This document shows, one piece after another, positions 50,087 to 60,000 of a stretch of DNA of 60,000 bases. The stretch is from positions 26,600,001 through 26,660,000 of the forward strand of contig NC_087252.1 of the NCBI RefSeq assembly GCF_037042905.1, written 5' to 3'. Position 1 is the first letter of the stretch. Each line of letters begins with the position of its first letter. The notes under the pieces are model-generated. The model saw only the letters and a program-made list of their open reading frames with translations, searched no databases and was not told where the DNA came from. The stretch is from Lytechinus pictus. Taxonomy: Eukaryota. The translations under genes and the position numbers were made by a program.

Positions 50087-50481
50087 GGCGGTGCTGCACC
50101 ATCCCGAGTTTGCTCAATCTCGAGATTTTAGCCCGATCGGCCCTCTTCGCGATTAATCTCGAGATTCAAGAAACTCTGTCTCCACCATCGCAAGAAGAGC
50201 GATTCCTGCTCGAGCGAGGCATCGATACATTATGGTCTGACGCCATGAATAAATCCGAGTGCGTCTGCACCTGCGAAGTAGCGCGATAATTCGTAAAATA
50301 GCGCGCTAATTTGCAAATAATCCCAAGTTGACTTGGGATTGCAATCTCGAGATTAATCCTACGAACTAGCGCGATAATTGCGTCTCCATTACGAATAATC
50401 TCGAGATTGTTCAGATCGGGATAATTTGCCGGATCAGAAATAGCGCGCTAAATTGAAAACTCGGGATGGTGCAGACGGCCC
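50087..50481. mobile_element. CpG-rich, probably young Harbinger-like MITE
   Basis: ggcggtgctgcaccatcccgagttt / aaactcgggatggtgcagacggcc; internal aatctcgagatt palindromes. Confidence 0.8.
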
Positions 50482-52635
50482 TTATGTGTGTTGGAGAACT
50501 TGACCAAAACTTGAACTTGGGCATTTATTACTTTATCTTGGTCTCAGAGACTCTAGACCCGTCATCATTGGACCGAGTTGTCAAAATGCAGTGTCAACCT
50601 TGCAGCTTCTGCACATTTCAGTTAATGTCCGAACATGGGAAGCATTTCATGAAACAAAATGATAATGATTTCACTGACTATTGTTACAAGCTACTGAAAT
50701 CCTTGCATCTGATTGGCTCTGGTCAAATTTGTCAGTGAAACACTCCCCAAAAGATGTCCCATGGTACCAAAGTAGAGTCATGATTGTAAAGCCCATAGAT
50801 CTGCAGAATTGTCTTTCCAAACGCATCTTTTTCAGCCTTTCATGTTGTTTATTGTCAGTGTGCTGGGTTTGTGTTGTAAAGCTGTTCATTTAAACAGCCG
50901 ACAGAGAAAGGAATCGTACACAACATATGTTTGTTAATTTCTTGAAAAACTTTGTTTCTTGAGAGAAAGTGTTGATTAAATGCAGCCTAGCTTGAGCAAA
51001 CTGTAGTTGATAGCAACACACCTCTTGCAGTTAGTCCATTGGAACCATGATGGAGATTGCCATTAAATGAATTCATGGGAATGGGAATTTATTTTGATAA
51101 TGAGCCTAAAATTCATTAAATGCAATCATTATTTGAACAAAATGTCTTTGAATGTTGTCTTTCAGATTAAATGCAGCCTCGCTTGAGCCAATTCTGGCCA
51201 ACATAGGAAATGTATGAGGGTGATAAGCGATTTCGCCCTCATAAAAGCCCAAATCGGCCCCCAAATTCCCTCCGAATGCACACTTTGGGACGACCATTCT
51301 TTCTAGAGTCGCCCCAAGATCTGTTCCAAACATTATTGAAGATTATTCAGAAAATCAATATTCGAACTGTATTTGCTTAATTACTGCATAATTACTTTTT
51401 ACCCCTAAAAAATTGCCCTTCAAATGGAAGAAAGAGCCCCCTAAATTCTGCCATCGCCCCAATGTGGGGGAAAAAAATAGCCCCTAAAAATTATTTCCTA
51501 CCCTAATTCTGACTGATGGTGACCACCCCCTCGTGTTTGGTCGAGTGAACCTTGATGGGGATTGTCATCTAAATGAATGAGAATGAAGTCAAAGTTATCT
51601 CTGGATACCAAACATAAAGTGACATTTATGTTCGGGGATAGCAGAATGTCCAGGCGACCTGCCCGAAGTACAATCAAATTCTCTTTGTCCACTTTTTATT
51701 TTATCAATTTACAGCGGTGCATCAGTGTGAGTGATTGTATATAAGGCAGGGTTTTCTAGAAAGGGAAAGCAAGAGAGATGATTAGAGGGGGATGGTGAAA
51801 TGATGACTTGTGTCTTTTCTTGATATTCATCATTATGAGTCAGAAATTGATAAAAAGTGCGAGAGAGAGAAAGAGGGGGAGGGGAGAAATGGGGGGGGGA
51901 TAAGATTTCTTCACTTTTATTCATTAAAGGTAAATAGAAAATAAAAAATTAAGTGAGATTAAAGAAATAATTTTTAGAAAGGGGGGGGGGGGTAATGCTC
52001 AATTCATTCATCACTGTGCATGTTGATGGTGCTTGCCCAGTAACAGTTCTCTTTTAGTATAAATTAAGAACAATTTTTTTTTGTAAAGATAGGAAAAATG
52101 CACTTTTTAAAATCAAGAGCATATATTAGAGTCATTGTCTATGACCTCCACAAAGAAGCAAAGAGTGAAAATTAATCATACATGAAAATGCATGAAGGCA
52201 TGTTGCTATGCCAGTCACAGTGCAATAGTAAAACTTTATCTGATGATCTGTAATGAATTAATAATAATGACTCCCCTTGAGGCAGGGATTAGAACACTAT
52301 AGTACCTGCATGTCCTGTATATGGTCACTAAACTACCAAAGTCTAAAGAAGTTTGCATTAGATTTTATTTATCTTTCCGACTGAGACACATTTCAACACA
52401 TATAGCCAAGGCCTCCTGACCGGAGTGAGTTTTCGAAATGTTTCCCCAGATATCCGACTTCCTCTCTGCTCTGTACACAAATGACTTGTATCCAGTTCAA
52501 AAGTGACAGTACTTTAAAGCCAGGAATGTCTCAATATTGTTTTGTTTCGTTGAGGTTTAGGGGCTGTGCCAGGGTATTGTGATAGCAGGGGGCGGGGGGG
52601 GGGGGGGGGGGCAAGGCAACCCCCTGTCCTCTGCT

Positions 52636-52866
52636 CAGGGGCAGATCTAGGATTTTCCGAAAGGGGGGGGGGGAGAATTTGTACAGGATAATTTTGCAAG
52701 CCCCCCCAAAATGTTCTTCAATACCAAATCGAGGTAATTTTTTCCAGGAAAAATTTGGCAAGCAAAAAATAAAAAAGGTATTCCCCTGAAAATATTTTTA
52801 GTGCCTCTCAAAGGGGGGGGGGGGGGCGGCATGGATCGAATGTGCCCCTAACTGGATCTGCCAGTG
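52636..52866. mobile_element. hAT MITE with perfect 8-bp TSD
   Basis: caggggcagatctag...ctggatctgccagtg flanked by cctctgct (52628-52635, 52867-52874); nested in a taggggc...gccccta element (~52558-52889). Confidence 0.9.
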
Positions 52867-52892
52867 CCTCTGCTGTATAAGTGCCCCTAGTT

Positions 52893-53344
52893 CCGTCGGG
52901 GGGGGGGGGGGTACTCAAATTATAACATGATTCCTACGAAAATAGGTGGCTCTAGAATTAAATCTTGGTCTTAAAACGGGGGTCTACGACGGCTCTTGGA
53001 TCAACGATCGCTGAAAATGCAATGCTCTTGAACTGAACATATAAAAAAGAGGGTCCCCGGACTCGTTAGATCATAGAATCATATCAAACTAGCGCAAGCT
53101 AACTCGATATGGCTCTAGCTCTGTGCCGATCGAGCTCACCGCTCCATCCGGCTGAGTAGTTCTTCATTGGCGTGCATTGGAACAAGAAATCACAAAATAG
53201 AGGGTCTCTGGAATGGGGAAAAATAGGAATTTCTATGGCTTTCTGAATTGGTGATACTCTGGAACGAAAATTTAGACTGAAAATGGGGTCTCAACCACGG
53301 CACATACGTATCATACATTTATACTATTAAGTATCTCCCCGGGG
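52893..53344. mobile_element. CC...GG TIR MITE (gggggtact...agtatctccccgggg)
   Basis: Degenerate inverted ends and internal gggtctc/ggaac repeats. Confidence 0.55.
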
Positions 53345-53685
53345 TTTCGTTAAATGGTAAATGACCAATTCCACACTTTGTTGTTGTTGCCTGCATTGTC
53401 ACAATGAAAAAAAAATCACATCTTGCCTCAAAGCATTTTGTTATTACATGTAGATGAATGTGGAGCATTGCAAACAATTACCATGAAAAAACCTATTTCT
53501 GGATTTCTTTTCAATGCCTGGATGCCTGCAAAAAAAAATCCACTATGTTATGTTATAATTTGCACAAATTCACAAGTCCAGAAAAAACAATAAGGATATC
53601 TTCAAAATCAACTAAATTTCAGATCTATAGTGTTGTGGCACATGAATGGAGATTGAACATGCTTGGTTATCAATAGGTACATCTG

Positions 53686-54430
53686 GGCCCCGTCTTACAA
53701 AGAGTTACGATTGATCCAATCATGCAACTATGGACAGTCAGCAACATCAACATGTCAAATGCCTGTTTGTTCAAAATTGATTTTTTTTATTAGATATGCT
53801 GTTCATGTATATTCATACATTCAACGTTCTCTTGAAGATTATCTGTGCTTCTCTCTGTTTACAAAGGACATGTGCAAATATCCGGTAGTAAAAATTATGA
53901 CACTAATGGATTTCCATAGGGTTACGATTGATTGGATCGATTGCAACTCTTTGTAATACAGGACCCTGGGCCCCGTCTTACAAAGAGTTACCATTGATCC
54001 GATCAATCGCAACTATGGACAGTCATCAACTTGTATTATGCATGTTTGTTCAAAATATTTTCAAACTATGATGTATATTCATGCATTCATTGTTTTCTTG
54101 AAAATTCGCTCTGTGCTTCTCTTTGTTTACAAAGGACATTGTGCCAATTTTCTATGGAAAAATTATGACAGTGATGGATTTTCATAGAGTTGCGATTGAT
54201 CCGATCAACCTCAACTGTATGGAAATCCATCAATGTCATAATTTCTTTCTACAGGAAATTTCCGCAATGTCCTTTGTAAGCAACAAAATGCTAACTGAAT
54301 TTTTAAGAAGCAAATGTATGTCATATCTAGAAAATATTTTGAACAAACTTACATTTTAGATGTTGACTTTGCTGGCTTTCCATTGTTGCAATTGATCAAA
54401 TCAGTCGCCATTCTTGGCAAAACGGGGCCC
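53686..54430. mobile_element. Tandem Harbinger-like MITEs (ggccccgtcttacaaagagtt family); the second copy is a fold-back
   Basis: ctg-[53686-53965]-ctg-[53969-~54430]; identical left ends; right half of the second copy is an inverted repeat of its left half. Confidence 0.8.
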
Positions 54431-54466
54431 TTAATACTGAATACTAAATAGTTTAACATACATGGT

Positions 54467-54912
54467 CAGGGTGCTACATAACTTTTTAGAAGTGCTTGCC
54501 CGGTCTGGCAAGTAAATTTTTAAATAGTTGGAATATACTTGCCCAAAAATCTATTTCACTTGCCCGAAAAATTCTTTGAAATAAAAGTTTTACCTCTTCA
54601 AAAGAAAGTTTTGCAGATTTATAAACCATTGGCCTTTTTCTCTCTTTTGATATGAACTGATCTACCTTGTTATTGCATTTCGTTTTCCGAAGTGAATTTT
54701 TCTTGTCTGCCATGACCAAAATTAGGGTCAATATCATATCATCGACCCTAATCTTGGTCATTCTACTGTGAGAATTTTGCTTTCTACTGTGTGAATTGTG
54801 CTTGCCCAATTCGGGCAAGTAGTTTTGGTCTTTACCTCAAAACACTTGCCCGACTCTAACTTTTACTTGCCCAGGGCAATCGGGCAAGTGCTTACATGTA
54901 TGTAGCACCCTG
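54467..54912. mobile_element. hAT-like (hAT5-type) MITE with 5-bp TSD
   Basis: cagggtgctacata / tatgtagcaccctg; atggt at 54462-54466 and 54913-54917; internal cttgcccg repeats. Inserted into one arm of an inverted repeat (54452-54950 vs 55035-55085). Confidence 0.85.
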
Positions 54913-55094
54913 ATGGTGTATAGTACCATGTGAAAAGGTTCAGAATTTGCTAATTTTTTTTATTTAATAGAGACATTGTTCCAATATGTAGTGCTAAACA
55001 TTAAATATAAATATTAGCCTTTTTATAGATCGACCAAATTTGGAACCTTTTCACATGGTACTATACAACATGTATATATGTTAAATTGTAGTGC

Positions 55095-55465
55095 TACATA
55101 AAAGCAGAATATTATCATCAAATATGCTTTGTATTTCCAAATATCTGCCAGCCTTTGGTGAGAAGCATATCTCAAATTTGACAACGATCAATATGTCTGA
55201 CCCATATAATTAGTCAAAAGCAATATTATATACATAAAGTAAAACAGTTTACATACTTGGTGTATATACATTTACAACATGAAAAAGGATCAAATGAGAA
55301 AGTGCTTTTAATAGAGAAGTGTTCCGAAATATGAAATGCTACATTTATATGAAAGCAGAATATTATCCAATTTAATTTCCAATGTCTGCCAGCCTTTGGT
55401 GCAGCTATTACATGTATCTCAAATTTGACAACAAACAGTATGTCTGACCAATATAATTAGTCAGT
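55095..55465. repeat. ~120-bp local duplication
   Basis: aaagcagaatattatc...tctgccagcctttggtg...tctcaaatttgacaac...atataattagtca at ~55101-55217 and ~55352-55463. Confidence 0.8.
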
Positions 55466-55742
55466 AGCTATGTTATGCGATGAATAGCTGCCAAGCCAGC
55501 TGGCTGCAAGCCAAGGGAATTTCTGTTATCAGATCTGTCTGTATGAGAATGATTTCAAAACACATTGATTCATTTGCAATTTAAAATAGTGGAAGCATGG
55601 AAATGATGGGTTATTTTTTTTCTAGCACACCTTTTTTTTTGACTGGCTCTGTACTGTAATAAAGTGCATGAGGGTCATTCAGACGGAGTAAATGCTTTTT
55701 ATTTTTCAGATTCAAATGACAACTACATCTGTGATTGGGTAA

Positions 55743-55965
55743 AGGCTCGTGCACACCTTATGACTGGTCCACGATCGTAAATCGTAGCCAATCATATGAT
55801 CGCAATGACGTCTTTGTGACGAGATATTCAGTTCACTTTTATTCCAATACGAAGGTAGCATAGTCACACAGAAAGATGTTCCACGTCCCTATACTCGCAT
55901 CAAGTTTTACTACACTTTATTCCCAAATCGGATTGTAGACCAATCGTAAGTTGTTTGGTGGCCTT
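55743..55965. mobile_element. Degenerate Harbinger-like MITE
   Basis: aggctcgtgcacaccttatgactggtc / gaccaatcgtaagttgtttggtggcct. Confidence 0.55.
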
Positions 55966-57384
55966 AATATTTCAAAGAACCTATAAAGAAACTTTTCTCT
56001 TCAGGAATTAGGAGACTGTTTCCAGACAATATGAAATTGCCAGCATTGTCATTCTCTGAGCTGCCCTTACTTTTTTTCTTCAATTTTTGAGATATGAGGT
56101 TTTGGTAAGAAGTCAGATTTAAACATGTTATATCTGGTTTGTTAAATAAAAATTTGCAATACAATAAAAAAAAAAAAAAAAAAATTAAAGCAAAACCAAA
56201 AAATGCAAGTATGCAGTTTTGACTAAAAGAAAAATACAACCTCATGTATGCAGACACAACAATTTTATATTAGAATGGCATTGTTATATACAATTGATTT
56301 ATTTGTGTAAAAACTGATTATTAGGAAACTAGGATAAGGTCATTTTCTTTCTAACTTGATGACCAGTAGTGTTTTTTGTGTGCCTGAATGTAAAAAGTCC
56401 CCTCGAGATTTTTTTTTTACCTTATAATTGAAAAAAAAAGTTATAATTCGGCAGGCCTTGGGGAAATTTTAGTGGCTCTCTGTGTGAATGAAGTCCAGTG
56501 GCAACAAAAACAACATGCAGATTAAAAAGGAATCATTCATATGATGCATTTTTGTGATCTGTCAAGATGTGTCTGAACAGTACAAAGGATAGGCTAGAGC
56601 ATATAGAGATTCTGTTGAATATTATGTGCTCTATATAAAGCATCTATTAATATTATTATAGAGTCAATTCGAAGGACATGTACTGGGAGCATTATCAAAT
56701 TTTGGAATAATGTTGTGTGTCTGAACAGGCTGTTAGTCGCTTTTGATATTTTCACTCTACATGATTTTATCATCTCCATGTCAAGCTACATGGATTGTAA
56801 TAAAATAAATTGTTCAAACTCCATCAAAACACTATTAATTTAATTTCAATAGTGTACATGTAGTTCTACAGTTGACTTTATTGACAACTCATATAGAAAA
56901 AACACACAAAAATAAACAAACAAATTGATTCTGGTAATTTGTGTGTGTCTGTTTAGATTTTCTCGCTGTGAGAAATGGCAGCCTGGATCAATGGTTTCTA
57001 TGGGACCTGTTATTTATTTTCCCTTCAAGTATTGCTTGGTATGAATGGGGCATGTGCGCGACTGAAAGGAGGATGATGTCACCACACGTATTGAAACGTG
57101 GAGCGGAGTCTAGATGACACTGAGGGGGTGGGGCTTAGTAATGTGATAGCAGAAGCCAGTGAAAAAAAAAATCATCGGGCTATAAACTAGAGAGAAAAAA
57201 AATGTCTAGAAAGTGTGTTTTTGAGACCTCAAGTGCTGCCTTCTCCCAGGCCCCTCGTGAGCATACCTTTGATGTGAACAGCTATGGTATGTTTGCACTC
57301 GGTTCATTGTCTGTCATTCACCATACACGATTTTAGTCATCAATTGAATGAGTTGATTCAATGAGTTTGTTATTGAGTCGGGGC

Positions 57385-57905
57385 TCTGATTTCTGCTAAC
57401 TTTGCTGAAAGAGAAATGGGGGGGGGGGGGGGGGGCTAGGAGAACAGACATACCTGTAAGGATGGGAAGAGAAATAGAGTCAATAAAATTCATTTTAAAG
57501 GAAGGAAGACTTTCTTTTTATTAACTTTAAGTATTCTGATTTTCTGTTCACTTTGCTGAAAGAAAAGGGAAATAGGGGAGGGGCAAAGAGAAAGGGGTGG
57601 GGTAAAAAGATTAGACAGAAGAGTGTGTGGGGGGGGGGTCATGCGGGAAAAAGGGAAATGAAGGAAATTCATGAGAGCTTTAAAAGGGTTCTGATTTCTG
57701 TCAACTTTGCTGAAAGAAAATGAAAATTAGGAGGGGCAAAGGAGAAGGGGGTGGGGTAAGGAAAATAGATAGAAGGGGGTGGGGGTCATGTAGGAAAAAG
57801 GGAAATGAAGGAAATTCATGAGAGATTTAAAGGGTTCTGATTTTTGTCAACTTTGCTGAAAGAAAAGGGAAATGGGGGGGGGGGGGAGGCAAACGAGGGC
57901 GGGGA
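57385..57905. repeat. G-rich tandem repeat, ~150-bp unit x3.5
   Basis: ctgattt.tg..aactttgctgaaagaaaa recurs at about 57386, 57536, 57691 and 57837. Confidence 0.85.
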
Positions 57906-59411
57906 AAGAGAAATATGCACCAAGAAGGGAAAATAATAAGGGAAAGTCATAAAATAAAGTACATGTACTGTAGTTAAATGTCTGGGTAGTAACAGATGAA
58001 AAGGAAAATAGACGACAAACATCTTTAGTCAGATTTGACGATTTGGTTTTGTTTGCATGACTTCATGTAAATCAAAACAAAATCAAAGGATTTTCACAAT
58101 TATGAGGAAATTTGTCCAATCCATTTTCATGCCACTTATATGAATTAATAGTTTACAACATTACATACATTTAATAGGTACGGTTTATTGAAAGAGGACT
58201 GAACATTACTCTTGAATAATGTTGACATTCATGATTCTTTACATTGCCAAAAAAAAAAAATACTTCGCGACTTTCCAGGAATCTGAGATGAACGTGACCA
58301 ATCATGCACCCTGGCTTTAATTTTGAAAAAACTTGGCTCTGACCCATCACCCATTTATTCACCTTGAAGTCTAAACCCTGGATATTAGACTTGAACCAAC
58401 CCACCCTGAGGTTTGCGTAAGGGTCTGGGAAGCGAGGGCAGCAGCAGCTGTAGTCTGCATGCACAGACCCCTGTCACTGGTCAATCACCAAACAAAGTCT
58501 GATCCACACGACTATACCCACTCCATGAAATATTGAACATCATTGGCTCTGTTATACAGCTGCTCCCTACTGAGTAAGCGATCTGCTGAGCTAGGCTTTC
58601 CTCAATACTATTTGGGATTTTATTTTTGTATCGTGTTATGTCAGAAGGTGTAGACTAGATTGCATGGTAAGCAAATAAATAGAGCTTGGACTTGAGCCAA
58701 GGCAATGGATGTGTTGGAATGGACCCTGGATAAAACATGCCCAGCTGGCTTTGGCTCAGGGTCAACATTAGTTTACATGCACAGACCCCAGTATGTAAAA
58801 ACAAGTTATAAAGCGGTCTGGATGGTAGACTAAATCAGATGGATTAGGATCAGGGCATGCGCCTGCAATCCAGGCTGTGTGGGGAAGTTGCAAGTTGATT
58901 CAGAGGTACGAGGTTTGAGCCCTAGTCACATCTTTCAGATATCAACGTTAAAGATCGGTCCCAGATGTACATGTAAATAATCATATCTAATTGATACATG
59001 TCTGTAAAAACTCAAACAAACAGATTGTGTATTCTCTCTTGCCGAAACCTGTCTTTGTAAATACTCTCTTTAAGTTTTATGAAGTTCATGAAAGTGCTAA
59101 GAGGGTCTGAACCTGGATAGACTGTTCAGTTGGCTGAAATGAAGCCTGTACAGTATGATGTCAGTTACGGTAAGTCTTTGATTGCAGACACTTAAGTAGA
59201 GGGTGGCCATGTGTGGATGCAAGTGGAAACTTTGCAAATGGCCCATCATGCTATGGGCCTGTTGGAAAAAGAGTTGTGATCGAACGCAACTCCAAGGATC
59301 AATCGCAACTTGACTTTCAACCAGTGAAATGCATGTATTGATAATGATACTAGCTGTTAAGCACTTTTTGCCAGAGGAAACAAAGTGCTGTGTGTGTGTG
59401 TGTGTGTGTGT

Positions 59412-59661
59412 ATTTTAGTTTTTGTCAGACGTGTATCAATGCTGTTGTTAGTACCCCGGCTTTTAATAGCTGTGCTGCCACGTAGGCACTGAAGCAGTCA
59501 AGGAATTTCTTCCTACCGTTTACCCATTCACCTCACCCGGGTGGAGTGCAGCACAATGTGGGTAAATTTCTTGATGAAGGAAAACACGCCATGGCTGGGA
59601 ATTGAACCCATGTCCCTTGGATCGGAAGATGAGAGTCACAACCACTAGACCACGACGCCCC
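59412..59661 (-). mobile_element. tRNA-derived SINE, same family as the 5172 copy
   Basis: Reverse complement of ggggcgtcgtggtctagtggtt...gggttcaattcccagccatggcgtg...cccacattgtgctgcactccacccgggtgagg; adjacent (TG)n at 59389-59411. Confidence 0.85.
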
Positions 59662-60000
59662 CACTCTATGCAACGGTCACGCTTTTTCTTCACAGTAGGG
59701 TGTTTTGGGTCTGCAATCAACTATTCCTCATGAATGATTGAGATTTTGAAATTCTAGTCAAGCCTGTTCACATTGTCAAATGGACAGTGGGTTCAGTTTT
59801 CATTGCAAAAAATCCATTTTTAAAAAGCTCTGAGATTGACCTTAATATTGACACCATGTCTCGATGAATCATTGAGACCAAGAAATTCTTCCATGCGTGC
59901 TTGTAGGTCGGTGTCGGGTTATTGGAGGATAATAGAGTTTACGAGTCAGAATATTTCAGGTTTGCAATCAACCCATTATTCTTGGGTATGAATGATTTAG

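Noticed and set aside
4686..56492. Scattered CIC consensus sites TGAATG(A/G)A (e.g. 4686, 18802, 22971, 29960, 34305, 53643, 56485)
   Set aside because: The number is compatible with chance in AT-rich DNA; only the site within the promoter cluster (33484) was kept.
1317..57435. Numerous poly-G/poly-C runs as functional G-quadruplexes
   Set aside because: Many are internal parts of hAT-like MITE ends or homopolymers of uncertain length; there is no specific evidence of function.
21381..60000. Further CIC exons (HMG box, C1 domain) among the short ORFs
   Set aside because: No recognisable CIC motifs; the ORFs are short, compositionally biased or inside repeats. Very small exons could have been missed.

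Overview
This is AT-rich animal (eukaryotic) genomic DNA. The repeat repertoire looks like a marine invertebrate, plausibly a sea urchin, but the species cannot be established from the sequence. There is one confident host coding feature: a 1.7-kb exon on + (acceptor AG 19553-19554, ATG 19563, donor GT 21274) encoding the long-isoform N-terminus of Capicua (CIC-L), with a Tudor-like/DUF4819 region and the [29 protein letters not shown] motif. A CpG/CCAAT-rich promoter-like region at ~12.0-13.5 kb probably drives it. I found no HMG-box exons, so the downstream intron probably runs at least 38 kb, past the window end. That intron holds a second promoter-like cluster (~33.2-33.8 kb: three octamers, CCAAT boxes, GC box, a CIC consensus site and an ATG-TCG-CCA|GTAAG mini-exon), a candidate short-isoform start. 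The rest is a dense, nested collection of non-autonomous DNA transposons (Kolobok-like, Harbinger-like, hAT-like, CACTG/CMC-like, AcademH-like and a 4.7-kb Sola2-like element), tRNA-derived SINEs, LINE 3' ends and local tandem duplications. The most unusual signal is dozens of TA-[CATG/CCGG/GGCC/CAG/CTG]-TA micro-insertions. Several can be shown to be insertions by comparison with sister repeat copies. They look like Tc1/mariner-type excision footprints, and the TACATGTA class is concentrated inside the CIC transcription unit. There is no prokaryotic system or CRISPR array.
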